A stretch of DNA of 59,674 bases, filler included. It is 5 parts of 5 records of this genome, joined end to end, with 100 filler letters (N's around TTAATTAATTAA, not from the genome) between each part and the next. Parts side by side here need not be neighbours in the genome. Positions count along the whole stretch, not along the records: positions 1 to 15,175 come from DRR723986_2460; positions 15,276 to 31,039 come from DRR723986_2933; 3 more parts are not named here. One strand, written 5' to 3'. This document shows, one piece after another, positions 9,503 through 19,700 of this stretch. Both the position numbers and the translations under genes were made by a program. A model generated the notes under the pieces. That model was not told the origin of the DNA, did no database searches, and worked only from the letters and a program-made list of their open reading frames with translations. The number at the start of each line of letters is the position of its first letter. Position 1 is the first letter of the stretch.

Positions 9503-10534
9503 ATGCAGACCGCCGTCATGGTGGGGTGCGGAGCCATGTCCGAGGGCTGGCTACGTGCACTTCAGGACATCAACTCTTCCGGCAAGCGGGTCGAGATTGT
9601 CGGCTTTGTCGACCTTGACACAGACCTTGCGCAAAAACGTGCCCAGACCTCCGGCTTCGGCAATGCAGAGGCCGGAAACGATCTGACGGAACTGCTGTCC
9701 AGGCTGAAGCCAGACCTCCTGTTCGACATCGTCGTGCCATCCGCCCGCAACGAGGTGGTGACCCAGGGCTTTGCTGCCGGCTGCGATGTGCTTTCCGAAA
9801 AACCGATGGCGAACTCGCTGGACGAGGCAAAAGCACTGCTCGACGTGCGACGGGATCAGGGCAGGTTGCATGCCGTGATTCAGAACCGCCGGTTTCTGCC
9901 CGGCATCCGGCGCGCAAAACAGTTTCTGGACCAGGGTGGCATTGGGCGGATTGCGGAGGTCCATTGCGACTTCTTCATCGCACCGCATTTCGGTGGGTTC
10001 CGGGAGGAGATGGATCATGTGCTGTTGCACGACATGGCAATCCACACTTTCGACGCGGCTCGTTTCGTCGCCGGGCTGGAACCGCGCCGGGTCTTCTGTC
10101 ACGAGAGCAATCCGTCCCATTCCTGGTACCGCCACGGAGCCAGTGCCGCCGCCATCTTCGACTGCCATGACAATGTAACCATGACCTATCGCGGCTCGTG
10201 GTGTGCGGAAGGTGCGCGCACGGACTGGGAAGCCTCCTGGCGGATCATCGGATCGCGCGGAACTCTTTTGTGGGACGGCAACGAAGGCTTCCGAGCCGAA
10301 ATCGTGAAATCGGCCGAAGGCTTTCTGTATCCGCTGGAAGAGGTCGAGGTGCCCGAATTGCCCGCATCGCTGGAGGCCACCGGCCATGCAGGCGTCATTG
10401 CCGATTTCCTGGATGCGCGCGAGACCGGCAGGGCCGCTCTCACGGATTCCGCCGACAACATCCGCTCACTCGCCATGACATTTGCTGCAATCCGGAGTGC
10501 CGAGGAAGAGCGCTTCGTCGAGATAGATATCTGA
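9503..10534 (+). CDS. Gfo/Idh/MocA-family oxidoreductase
   Basis: VGCGAM nucleotide-binding motif, EKPM, DMAIHTFD. ATG at 9503 after GGAGG. Confidence 0.9.
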   Translation: MQTAVMVGCGAMSEGWLRALQDINSSGKRVEIVGFVDLDTDLAQKRAQTSGFGNAEAGNDLTELLSRLKPDLLFDIVVPSARNEVVTQGFAAGCDVLSEKPMANSLDEAKALLDVRRDQGRLHAVIQNRRFLPGIRRAKQFLDQGGIGRIAEVHCDFFIAPHFGGFREEMDHVLLHDMAIHTFDAARFVAGLEPRRVFCHESNPSHSWYRHGASAAAIFDCHDNVTMTYRGSWCAEGARTDWEASWRIIGSRGTLLWDGNEGFRAEIVKSAEGFLYPLEEVEVPELPASLEATGHAGVIADFLDARETGRAALTDSADNIRSLAMTFAAIRSAEEERFVEIDI

Positions 10535-10551
10535 CCCGAGGACATTCATTC

Positions 10552-11484
10552 ATGAGCAATCCTGCAAAATCCATTCGCATCGGAACGATGATCGCCGCTA
10601 CAGGCGGAGAAGCTGCGAAGCGGATCGATGAAATCGCCGATCTCGGGTTTGAAAGCTTCGAGCCGTTCTTCTGGCAGACGACCAACGGGCAGGACCTGGC
10701 CGAGCTCGGCAAGCGCTGTGTCGAGGCGATCGGCGACCGGGACATCACCATCTCGACCCTGGGCATGTTCGGGAACCCGCTGGAAGATCAGCCGCTGGAC
10801 CGGGACACCCTGCAGGGATGGAAGGACTGTATCGATAACGCCCAACATTTCGGCGCTACTTGCGTCGCCGGCTTTACCGGCAGGATCCGTGGCAAGCCCC
10901 TGGAAGACAGCCTGCCCAAATACAAGGAAGTCTGGTCCGAGCTTGCAAAGCGCGCCGCCGACAAGGGTGTCAGGATCGCTTTTGAAAATTGCGCCATGGA
11001 CGGGAACTGGCAGACCGGCGATTGGAACATCGCCCATAATCCGGATGCCTGGGAACTGATGTTCAACGAAACGACGGACGACAATCTCGGCCTGGAATGG
11101 GAGCCTTGCCACCAGCTTGTCTATCTGATCGATCCGTTGCCGCAGATCCGCAAGTGGGCCGACAAGATCTTTCACGTGCACGGCAAGGACGCCACGGTCC
11201 GCCATGATGTCATCCGGGAACACGGCATCTTCGGAAAACATCCGTTCGTCTTCATGCGTACGCCGGGTTTTGGCGATAGCAACTGGACAGACATCATCAG
11301 CGAGCTGCGTCTTGCAGGGTATTCAGGCTCCATCGACATCGAGGGCTGGCACGATCCGGTCTATCGCGACGAGCTCGAAATGACCGGCCAGGTGCATGCG
11401 CTCAACCATCTGAAAACTAGCCGGGGCGGTGCCTTCATACCGGGAACCGGCAAATACGAAGGCGGCGATCCCTCACTGACCTAG
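10552..11484 (+). CDS. Sugar phosphate isomerase/epimerase (xylose-isomerase-like TIM barrel)
   Basis: Metal-binding motifs AFEN, EWEPCH, HVHGKD, PGFGD, DIEG. Confidence 0.85.
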   Translation: MSNPAKSIRIGTMIAATGGEAAKRIDEIADLGFESFEPFFWQTTNGQDLAELGKRCVEAIGDRDITISTLGMFGNPLEDQPLDRDTLQGWKDCIDNAQHFGATCVAGFTGRIRGKPLEDSLPKYKEVWSELAKRAADKGVRIAFENCAMDGNWQTGDWNIAHNPDAWELMFNETTDDNLGLEWEPCHQLVYLIDPLPQIRKWADKIFHVHGKDATVRHDVIREHGIFGKHPFVFMRTPGFGDSNWTDIISELRLAGYSGSIDIEGWHDPVYRDELEMTGQVHALNHLKTSRGGAFIPGTGKYEGGDPSLT

Positions 11485-11531
11485 GGCAACGCCGTCCGTC
11501 ATTCATGTCGCATACAGGGAGGAGACCCAAC

Positions 11532-12740
11532 ATGGACTTGAAATCAATAGCATTGGCAACATCCGGGCTGATCGCGCTGGCTTCAACCGCCGTTGCCGAT
11601 CCGGTCGAGCTGGATCTGTGGACCATCGACGACCCGGGCGAATATCACTACGTCATGGCCGACGAGTTCATGGCCAAGCATCCCGACATCAAGATCAACG
11701 TGCGGACCGTCCAGTTCGAGGACATGGTCAATGACCTCGCACGCGGCGTGGCGACCGGCGATGCTCCCGACATCACCTATATCGACAATCCGGAAGTGGC
11801 GCTGTTTGCTTCTCGCGGACTGTTGCTCGATTTGAAACCCTATATCGAGCAGTCCGATATTGTGAATGCCGACGACATCTTCCCGGGACCGCTGTCATCG
11901 GTCAGCTACGAGGGTGGCATCTATGGCATTCCGCGTGGGGCGAACACGATCGCTCTCTACTACAATGCCGACATGTACCGTGCGGCCGGGCTCGACCCCG
12001 ACAATCCGCCACGCACCTGGGACGAGCTTTACGAAGCCGCCAAGGCGCTGACCAAGCCGGAAGAGAATATCTACGGCCTCGCTTTTTCTGCGGTCGCGAC
12101 CGAAGAGGGCACTTTCCAGTTTCTACCCTGGCTGCAGATGACCGGTGGGGATTACGACAACGTCGACACGGACGGGGCGGTACGAGCGCTTTCACTCTGG
12201 AAGAAAATCCTCGACGAAGGACTGGCCTCGCCGGACACGCTCATTCGCGGTCAGTGGGACAGCACCGGTACTTTCAATGCCGGGACCGCCGCAATGTCGA
12301 TCTCGGGACCCTGGGAACTGCCTCGAATGAGCTCGGAAGCCAAGTTCGATTTCAGGGCCGCGCTCCTGCCTGCTCCGGACGAGGGAGCGGACCGTGCCTC
12401 GGCGCTGGGGGAGGGCGACAACGTCATTCTGGCCAGCACCGACAATCCGGACGAAGCCTTCCTGTTCCTGGAGTTTCTCTATGACAACATGGACCGCGTC
12501 TGGAATGAATTCGGCTACCTGCCGGCTTCCAAGGTCGAGGTGAAGGATCCCAAGTATCCGGAAATCTATGCGGTCTTCGAAGAATCGATGAAATATGCCC
12601 GCAACCGCGGACCTCATCCGCAGTGGCCGCGCATCAGCAAGGCGATCCAGACCGCAATCCAGTCGACACTGACCGGTCAGGCAACACCTGAAGATGCTCT
12701 CGCTGCCGCGCAGACCAGCATCGACAAGGTCCTGAAGTAG
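11532..12740 (+). CDS. Carbohydrate ABC transporter substrate-binding protein
   Basis: Signal peptide ending TAVA-D and CUT1 SBP motifs (YGIP, LYYNADM, PRTWDEL). Confidence 0.9.
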   Translation: MDLKSIALATSGLIALASTAVADPVELDLWTIDDPGEYHYVMADEFMAKHPDIKINVRTVQFEDMVNDLARGVATGDAPDITYIDNPEVALFASRGLLLDLKPYIEQSDIVNADDIFPGPLSSVSYEGGIYGIPRGANTIALYYNADMYRAAGLDPDNPPRTWDELYEAAKALTKPEENIYGLAFSAVATEEGTFQFLPWLQMTGGDYDNVDTDGAVRALSLWKKILDEGLASPDTLIRGQWDSTGTFNAGTAAMSISGPWELPRMSSEAKFDFRAALLPAPDEGADRASALGEGDNVILASTDNPDEAFLFLEFLYDNMDRVWNEFGYLPASKVEVKDPKYPEIYAVFEESMKYARNRGPHPQWPRISKAIQTAIQSTLTGQATPEDALAAAQTSIDKVLK

Positions 12741-12781
12741 GGTCTGTTCAGGCGGGGTTTTGCGATGTTCGCCCTGCCTTG

Positions 12782-12831
12782 GGGTGTGTGCTCGCGAGCC
12801 GTCCGACCGGACGGGAGCGCACACCCTTTTT
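12782..12831 (+). terminator. Stem-loop with U-tail between SBP and permease genes
   Basis: GGGTGTGTGCTC...CCGTCCG acCGGACGG GAGCGCACACCC followed by TTTTT. Typical partial terminator or mRNA stabiliser after SBP genes. Confidence 0.5.
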
Positions 12832-12855
12832 CATCCGCCATGGAGGAGGAGACGG

Positions 12856-13758
12856 ATGCTCAACTTTACCAGACCGTTCCGGGACGGGGCCGGTTTCGAC
12901 ACGATCCTCGTGACGCTGGCACTCGGGTACCTGGTTCTATTTTCGGGTTTTCCGCTCGTTTACAACCTCGTCATGTCGTTTCAGGAAGTGGACCTGTTTT
13001 CACTCGGATCCTTCGACAGGCCCTATGTCGGTCTCGACAATTACGTTGATGTGCTGTCACGTCCCGAGGCTTGGGGCATCTTCCTCAACACCGTGAAATT
13101 CGTCGGCATCTCGGTCGCAGCGCAATTGTCCATCGGATTTGCCCTGGCAATGTTCTTTCAGCAGAATTTTCCGGGAAGCACCTGGCTGCGCGGGTTGTTC
13201 CTGGCAGGCTGGATCATGCCGGCTCTTGTTGTCGGCGCTGTCTGGAGCTGGATCCTTGCAGGGGATTTTGGCGTTCTCAACCATGTCCTGTTGTCTCTCG
13301 GCCTGACCGGTGAGCGTATCTTCTGGCTGTCCGACCCGAACGTGGCCCTTTTTTCGGTCATCCTCGCCAACATCTGGCTGGGTGTTCCGTTCAACATGAT
13401 CCTGTTGTCCGTCGGACTGGCGGGAATTCCGGAGGATATCTACGAAGCCGCCGAAATGGACGGTGCGAATGCCATCCAACGGTTTTTCACCATCACCTTG
13501 CCAATGATGCGCGCCCAGCTCGGAGCGGTGATCTCACTGGGCGTCATTTTCACCCTTCAGCAGTTCGACCTGTTTGCAGCCCTCACGCAGGGCGGTCCGT
13601 CGAATGCATCAAACGTCTTCCAGTACTGGAGCTGGCAATTGTCGTTTCAGTACTACGAGATTGGCGTCGGTTCGGTGATCTCGGTTCTGATGATCCTGTT
13701 CGTGATTTTCGTTGCCGCGGTCTACGTGCGGTCCACGCGCCACGAACAGCTAGCTTGA
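12856..13758 (+). CDS. Carbohydrate ABC transporter permease
   Basis: Multiple TM helices and EAA motif YEAAEMDGA. Confidence 0.92.
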   Translation: MLNFTRPFRDGAGFDTILVTLALGYLVLFSGFPLVYNLVMSFQEVDLFSLGSFDRPYVGLDNYVDVLSRPEAWGIFLNTVKFVGISVAAQLSIGFALAMFFQQNFPGSTWLRGLFLAGWIMPALVVGAVWSWILAGDFGVLNHVLLSLGLTGERIFWLSDPNVALFSVILANIWLGVPFNMILLSVGLAGIPEDIYEAAEMDGANAIQRFFTITLPMMRAQLGAVISLGVIFTLQQFDLFAALTQGGPSNASNVFQYWSWQLSFQYYEIGVGSVISVLMILFVIFVAAVYVRSTRHEQLA

Positions 13759-13769
13759 GGCGTCGAGCG

Positions 13770-14585
13770 ATGATGAAAAAATATGGCCTTACCGCGATCG
13801 CGCTCTGTCTGGTGAGCTTCTATCTCTTCCCGCTTTACTGGATGTACATCACGGCCCTGAAAAGCGGCACGGAAATCTTCGCCAATCCGCCGACCTTCTG
13901 GCCGGAAAATCCGCAATGGATGGTTGGCGAAGTCTGGACGCGCCTGAAGATGGACGTCTACCTCTGGAACTCGCTTCTGATCGCCTCGGGGGTGACGATT
14001 ATCGTCGCCATCTGCGGCACGGGCTGTGCCTATGTTCTCTCTCGCATTCGCAACCGCTGGATGGACGTGGTGCTCTTCATCGTTCTGATGATGCAGGTCT
14101 TGCCATCTTCCCTGATGATCACGCCGATTTTCGTTGCCTTCAACCAGGTTGGCCTCAACGAGGTGCCAAGAACATCGGTGATACTGGCGCAGGCGGCGAA
14201 GGTTCTGCCGCTCTATATCGTGCTGTGCCGCGCAACCTTTCTGCAGGTTCCAAGGGAGCTGGAAGAAGCCGCGCTGGTCGACGGCAACTCGCGGATCGGT
14301 GCCTTCCTGTCCATCATCGTCCCGCTTGCAAGAAACGGCATTCTGGTGACGTCGGTGCTCATCTTCCTGCAGTCCTTCGGGGAATATGTCTATTCGCGCT
14401 CCCTGATCACGCAGCGGGCGCTACAGCCGGCGACCGTCGGACTGCAGTCCTTCATGGGCCCCAACACGTCCGACTGGTCCGGTGTGATGACCTACTCCGC
14501 GATCTATGTGACGCCGGTTCTCATCATATTTGTGTTGCTACAACGCCAGATCGTCAGCGGCCTGACCTCCGGAGCCCTCAAATGA
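13770..14585 (+). CDS. Carbohydrate ABC transporter permease
   Basis: EAA motif LEEAALVDG and C-terminal GLTSGALK. Confidence 0.92.
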   Translation: MMKKYGLTAIALCLVSFYLFPLYWMYITALKSGTEIFANPPTFWPENPQWMVGEVWTRLKMDVYLWNSLLIASGVTIIVAICGTGCAYVLSRIRNRWMDVVLFIVLMMQVLPSSLMITPIFVAFNQVGLNEVPRTSVILAQAAKVLPLYIVLCRATFLQVPRELEEAALVDGNSRIGAFLSIIVPLARNGILVTSVLIFLQSFGEYVYSRSLITQRALQPATVGLQSFMGPNTSDWSGVMTYSAIYVTPVLIIFVLLQRQIVSGLTSGALK

Positions 14586-15175
14586 GCTATCAGATCGAGC
14601 TGGAAAACATCCAGAAATACTACGGCGCCTATCACGCGCTCCGCGACGTCTGCCTGCAGATCCCCAAGGGACAATTCGTTGCTCTGGTCGGGCCTTCGGG
14701 ATGCGGCAAGTCCACCTTGTTGCGCACCATCGCCGGACTGGAAAAAATCACCAGCGGTACGATGCGGATCGCGGGGGATGCGGTCAATGATAAGGCTCCA
14801 CGCGAGCGGGACCTGGCGATGGTGTTCCAGTCCTATGCCCTTTATCCGCACATGACCGTTCGGCAGAATCTGACCTATTCCATGCGGCTTCGGAGACGCC
14901 CCAAGTCCGAAATCGACAAGGCGGTGGAGGAAATTGCCCGCGTGACCGGGTTGGGCGAACTTCTCGACAGATATCCGCGACAACTCTCCGGTGGGCAGCG
15001 CCAGCGCGTTGCCATGGGCCGGGCCATCATCCGCAACCCGAAGGCGTTCCTGTTCGACGAACCGCTTTCCAATCTGGATGCGGCGCTCCGGGTGCACATG
15101 CGCTCCGAAATCCGGCAACTTCACAATCGCCTCGGTGCGACGTCCGTCTATGTGACCCACGACCAGATCGAGGCG
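14582..15175 (+). CDS. Sugar ABC transporter ATP-binding protein (MalK/UgpC type), truncated by contig end
   Basis: Walker [33 protein letters not shown] overlap with the upstream stop. Confidence 0.93.
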
Positions 15176-15275
15176 NNNNNNNNNNNNNNNNNNNNNNNNN
15201 NNNNNNNNNNNNNNNNNNNTTAATTAATTAANNNNNNNNNNNNNNNNNNNNNNNNNNNNNNNNNNNNNNNNNNNN
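15176..15275. other. Artificial contig spacer
   Basis: 44 N + TTAATTAATTAA (stops in all six frames) + 44 N. Confidence 0.99.
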
Positions 15276-15276
15276 C

Positions 15277-16542
15277 GACCAGTCCATCTACGCCTGGCGC
15301 GGCGCGCGCCCGGAAAACCTGGTGCAACTGCAGTCTGACTTCCCCGGCCTGCGGGTCATCAAGCTGGAGCAGAACTACCGCTCCACCGCGCGCATCCTGC
15401 ACGCCGCCAATACCCTGATCGCCAACAACAGCCACGTGTTCGACAAACAGCTATGGAGCGAACTGGGCCACGGCGACCCGCTGCGGGTTATCCGCTGCGC
15501 CGACGAACAGGCGGAAGTGGAACAGGTAGTGGCGGAGATTCTCGACCACCAGCTGCGGCGACGCACCCGCCTGGGCGACTACGCGGTGCTGTACCGCGGT
15601 AACCACCAGGCCCGGTTGCTGGAACTGGCACTGCAGCAACAACAGGTGCCTTACCACATGAGCGGCGGGACCTCGTTCTTCTCGCGCAACGAGGTCAAGG
15701 ACATCATGGCCTACCTGCGCTTGTTGCTGAACGAGAACGACGACAACGCCTTCCTGCGCATCGCCAACGTACCCCGGCGCAAGCTGGGCACCAGCACGCT
15801 CGAAGCACTGGGAGCTTTCGCCAATGCCCGGCATTGCAGCATGATGCAGGCGATCGGCCGGGCCGGCACCGAGCAGGTGCCGGAGCAGGGCTTGCGCCGG
15901 CTGCGGGAATTCCGCGACTGGCTGCTTGCGTCCCGCGGGCAGGCCCGCGGCGAAGGCGGTGTCAGCGCAGTCCGCCAGCTGATCCGCGATATCCAGTACC
16001 GCGACTGGCTGGACCAGCTCAGCTCCAGCGAGGAAGTCGCCGAGCGCCGCATGGCCAACGTCGATTTCCTGGTCGACAGCCTGCAGCGGGTTATGCAGGA
16101 GGAACAGGTGGCCCTGGACGAGGCGATCTCCCGCCTGGTGCTGCGCGACCTTCTCGAGCAACAGCAGGAAGATGAAAGCAGCGACGACCGGGTTCAGCTG
16201 ATGACCCTGCACGCTTCCAAGGGCCTGGAATTCCCCCACGTGTTCATTATTGGCATGGAGGAAAACCTGCTGCCGCACCGGGTGAGCATCGAGGAGGGCA
16301 ACCTGGAAGAGGAGCGGCGTCTGGCCTATGTGGGCATTACCCGGGCGCAGCAGACCCTGAGCATGACCTTCGCCGCGAAGCGACGCCAGTTCGGGGATAC
16401 GGTGGAGTGCGAACCCAGCCGCTTCCTCGAGGAGTTGCCGCCGGATGACCTGCAATGGCAGGGACGGGCAGATGACACAGCCGATGCCAACGAGGCGCGG
16501 GGCCAGGAAACCCTGGCCAGCCTGAAGTCACTGTTCGGCTAA
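15277..16542 (+). CDS. rep: ATP-dependent DNA helicase Rep, 5'-truncated
   Basis: The frame is open from the contig start: DQSIYAWRGARPENL, LEQNYRST, LYRGNHQ, MTLHASKGLEF, EERRLAYVGITRA. The short C-terminus fits Rep rather than UvrD. Confidence 0.9.
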   Translation, partial: DQSIYAWRGARPENLVQLQSDFPGLRVIKLEQNYRSTARILHAANTLIANNSHVFDKQLWSELGHGDPLRVIRCADEQAEVEQVVAEILDHQLRRRTRLGDYAVLYRGNHQARLLELALQQQQVPYHMSGGTSFFSRNEVKDIMAYLRLLLNENDDNAFLRIANVPRRKLGTSTLEALGAFANARHCSMMQAIGRAGTEQVPEQGLRRLREFRDWLLASRGQARGEGGVSAVRQLIRDIQYRDWLDQLSSSEEVAERRMANVDFLVDSLQRVMQEEQVALDEAISRLVLRDLLEQQQEDESSDDRVQLMTLHASKGLEFPHVFIIGMEENLLPHRVSIEEGNLEEERRLAYVGITRAQQTLSMTFAAKRRQFGDTVECEPSRFLEELPPDDLQWQGRADDTADANEARGQETLASLKSLFG

Positions 16543-16547
16543 GACGG

Positions 16548-19500
16548 CTATTGTTCGCCGGTGCTGGCAGGCGTGCTCATACCCAGTCGCGCCTTGATCC
16601 GCTCCCGCAGTCCCTGCACGATCGCGTAGAAACCCGGGATGAAGAAGGTCCCCACCAGCAGCGCCGCGAGCATCCCGCCGAAAACCGTAATCCCAAGTGA
16701 GCGCTGGCCGAAAGCGCCGGCGCCGGCCGCAAACACCAGCGGCAGGATACCCAGGATAAACGAGATGGCGGTCATGCAGACCGCGCGGAAGCGCAGCCTC
16801 CCTGCCTCCCGCGCGGCAACGAGTATGTCTTCTTTCATCTCCTCGCGCCGGGTGCGGGCAAACTCGACGATCAGGATCGCATTCTTGGCCGCCATCCCAA
16901 TCAGCAGCACCAGCCCGATCTGGGCATACAGGTTCAGGGCCAGGCCGGTCAGCAGCAGGGCGGCAATCGCGCCGCCTATCGCCATCGGCACCACGAGGAT
17001 GATTGCGAAGGGAATCGACCAACTCTCGTACTGGGCAACCAGGAACAGGTAGACAAAAATCAGCGCCAGGGAGAAAGCGAACACCGCGGTCGAGCCCGCC
17101 TCGCGCTCCTGATAGGCCATACCCGTCCACTCGATCCGGTAACCGCCGGGCAAGGTCCGGGCGGCCAGTTCCTCGAAGGCATCCATGGCCTGGCCGGAAC
17201 TGTAACCCGGAGCCGGGGCAGCCCTGACCGAGGCGGCCCGGAACAGGTTGTAGCGCTGGGCAACGTCAGGGCCCAGTACCGGCCGGGTTGTGACCAGGGT
17301 GCTCAGGGGCACCATCTCGCCGCCCGCCGACTTGAGATAGAAAAAATCGAGGTCAGAGAGGTCGGACCGGTACCCGGATTCGGCCTGCATGATGACCTTG
17401 TAGGTCTGGCCGAACTTGTTGAAGTCGTTGATGTAAAGAGACCCCATCTGGGCCTGCAGGGTCATGAAAATCTCGTTCAGCGAGACGCCCAGGTTCTTGG
17501 CTTTTACCCGGTCGACGTCGATAAAGTACTGGGGCACATTGGCGCGATAGGTGCTGAAGACCCCCTGCAGTCCCGGCGTCTGGTTGCCGTCGACGATAAA
17601 ATTGTTAAGCACTGAGGCCAGCTCAGACGAAGGCCGCGACAGGGAGTCCTGCAGCAGCAGTTCCAGCCCGCCCACCGCGCCCATGCCGGGAACCGCCGGC
17701 GGCGTGATCGCGAACACCTGGGCTTCAGGCACTTCCAGCCTGGCCCGGCCGTTCAGCCGGCGCGCCACGTTGAAGACAAGTTCCTCCCGCCCGGGTCGCT
17801 CTTCCCAGTGTTTCAGTACCACGAACAGGGTGCCGCCATTAGAGGCCATGGCACCGGTGAGGATCGAGAAACCGGTGATCGAGGTGACCGTTTCCACCGC
17901 CGGGTCCTGTGCCATGATCTGCGTGACCTTGTCCATGGCAGCCTTGGTACGGTTGATCGAGGAGGCGTCTGGCAGCTGGACATTTACAAACAGCGCGCCC
18001 TTGTCCTCGGCGGGAACAAAGCCGGTGGGCGTATTGAGCACACCCAGGGCCAGTGCCCCCATCCAGGCGACAAACACCAGCACCACAATCACCAGTTTGC
18101 GCAGGATCCACTGCACGCCGCGGTCATACCTGCCGGTTATCGCGGCAAACATCGACAGGAACGCGCTGTACCAGCGCGCTTCCTTGCGCTCCCCGGGCTG
18201 CAGCAGCAAGGCACAAAGTGCGGGGCTCAGGGTCAAGGCATTGAGTGACGAGAACAGCACGGCGACGCAGATTGTTACCGCGAACTGGCGGTACATCTCA
18301 CCGGTAATACCGGGCAGCAGGGCAACCGGCACGAACACGGCCAGCAAGACAAGGGTGGTCGCGATGATCGCACCGCCAACTTCCTGCATGGTTACCAGGG
18401 CAGCCTGGCGCGGGGTCATGTCCGGGTCCTCACGCAGGTGCCGATCGCAGTTCTCAATCACCAGGATGGCGTCATCAACCACGATTCCGATAGCCAGGAT
18501 CAGGCCGAACAGGGTCACCGTGTTGATCGACATGCCCACCGCAAGCAGGACCGCGAAGGTAGCAATCAGGGACACGGGGATAGCCACCGTGGGCACCAGG
18601 GTCGCCCGCCAGTTGCCGAGAAAAATAAAGGTAATGGCGATGACCAGGGCGACAGCCTGCATCAGGGAAATAATGACCTGCTGCACTGCCGTGGACACAT
18701 AGCGGGTGGTGTCGTAGCTGACCACATAGTCCATCCCCTCGGGGAAGCTCTCCGCGAGCCGGGCAACCAACTGGTTGGTCGCCTCACCTGCGGCCAGCGC
18801 ATTGGCGTCGGCCAGCATGTACAGCGCGACGTTAACCGCGGGGGTGCCGTTGGTCTCACCAAAGAAGTTGTAACCCGACTGACCCAGCTCCACCCGGGCT
18901 ACATCGCGCAGGTAGATCGCCGATCCATCGGCGCGAGCCCGCAGGACAATGCTTTCGAATTCCTCAACATCCTGCAGCCGGCCCTTGGTGCGCAAGGTGT
19001 ACTCGGTCTGCAGCGGCCCATCGAACGGGGGCGCTCCGATCTTGCCCGCCGCCACCTGGACATTCTGTTCCCGCAATGCACTGTGAATATCCGCTACCGA
19101 CAGGCCGAGGTTGGCCATCCGGTTCGGGTCGAGCCAGAGCCTCATGGAGTACTCCGCCTCGCCGAGAATATTGGCCGAGGAGATGCCATCCACCCGGGCC
19201 AGAGCGCTCTGTATATTGATCTTCACGTAGTTGGACAGGAACTTGTAATCCAGCTCACCGCCGGGGGAGGTGAAGCTGATGATCTTGAGTATGTCCGGCG
19301 ACTGCTCCTGAATATTCAAGCCCTGGGCGGTCACTTCCGCCGGCAGCGAAGGCTCCGCCAGCTTGACCCGGTTCTGTACACGCACCAGGGCCATGTCCGG
19401 GTCGGCACCGACGCTGAAGGTAACGGTAAGGGAATAACTGCCGTCGTTAGCGCTTTTGGAGGACATGTAAATCATATCCTCCACGCCATTTACCGCATCC

Positions 19501-19700
19501 TCGATCGGCGTGCCCACCGTCGCCTCGACAACCTCAGCAGAAGCGCCGGGGTAGACACCGCTAACCACAATATTCGGTGGCGATATCGCCGGGTATTCAG
19601 TAACGGGCAGGACCGCTATGGACAGGCCACCCGCCAAGGTGAGGGCAATCGCAATAACCAGGGCGAACTTGGGTCGCCGGATGAAAAACGCGCTGAACAT
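16548..19700 (-). CDS. RND efflux transporter, HAE1/AcrB family
   Basis: 1050 aa with FFIRRPKFA, proton-relay motifs IVVDDAI and AKNAILIVEFA, and RFRAVCMT. Confidence 0.95.
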   Translation of the reverse strand: MFSAFFIRRPKFALVIAIALTLAGGLSIAVLPVTEYPAISPPNIVVSGVYPGASAEVVEATVGTPIEDAVNGVEDMIYMSSKSANDGSYSLTVTFSVGADPDMALVRVQNRVKLAEPSLPAEVTAQGLNIQEQSPDILKIISFTSPGGELDYKFLSNYVKINIQSALARVDGISSANILGEAEYSMRLWLDPNRMANLGLSVADIHSALREQNVQVAAGKIGAPPFDGPLQTEYTLRTKGRLQDVEEFESIVLRARADGSAIYLRDVARVELGQSGYNFFGETNGTPAVNVALYMLADANALAAGEATNQLVARLAESFPEGMDYVVSYDTTRYVSTAVQQVIISLMQAVALVIAITFIFLGNWRATLVPTVAIPVSLIATFAVLLAVGMSINTVTLFGLILAIGIVVDDAILVIENCDRHLREDPDMTPRQAALVTMQEVGGAIIATTLVLLAVFVPVALLPGITGEMYRQFAVTICVAVLFSSLNALTLSPALCALLLQPGERKEARWYSAFLSMFAAITGRYDRGVQWILRKLVIVVLVFVAWMGALALGVLNTPTGFVPAEDKGALFVNVQLPDASSINRTKAAMDKVTQIMAQDPAVETVTSITGFSILTGAMASNGGTLFVVLKHWEERPGREELVFNVARRLNGRARLEVPEAQVFAITPPAVPGMGAVGGLELLLQDSLSRPSSELASVLNNFIVDGNQTPGLQGVFSTYRANVPQYFIDVDRVKAKNLGVSLNEIFMTLQAQMGSLYINDFNKFGQTYKVIMQAESGYRSDLSDLDFFYLKSAGGEMVPLSTLVTTRPVLGPDVAQRYNLFRAASVRAAPAPGYSSGQAMDAFEELAARTLPGGYRIEWTGMAYQEREAGSTAVFAFSLALIFVYLFLVAQYESWSIPFAIILVVPMAIGGAIAALLLTGLALNLYAQIGLVLLIGMAAKNAILIVEFARTRREEMKEDILVAAREAGRLRFRAVCMTAISFILGILPLVFAAGAGAFGQRSLGITVFGGMLAALLVGTFFIPGFYAIVQGLRERIKARLGMSTPASTGEQ

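Noticed and set aside
13916..14581. Long N-terminal extensions in the ORF track (ABC ATPase, isomerase, thioredoxin, HlyD, DUF4136, hemN, dapB)
   Set aside because: They overlap neighbouring genes or precede the family N-terminus, and better starts with an RBS or coupled stop exist downstream.
15220..15231. TTAATTAATTAA occurring four times, as a possible repeat, att site or CtrA-like motif
   Set aside because: It always sits centred in 44+44 N, so it is an artificial six-frame-stop linker.
15277..16542. UvrD-family helicase as part of an anti-phage system such as Gabija
   Set aside because: The sequence matches housekeeping Rep and no nuclease partner is adjacent.
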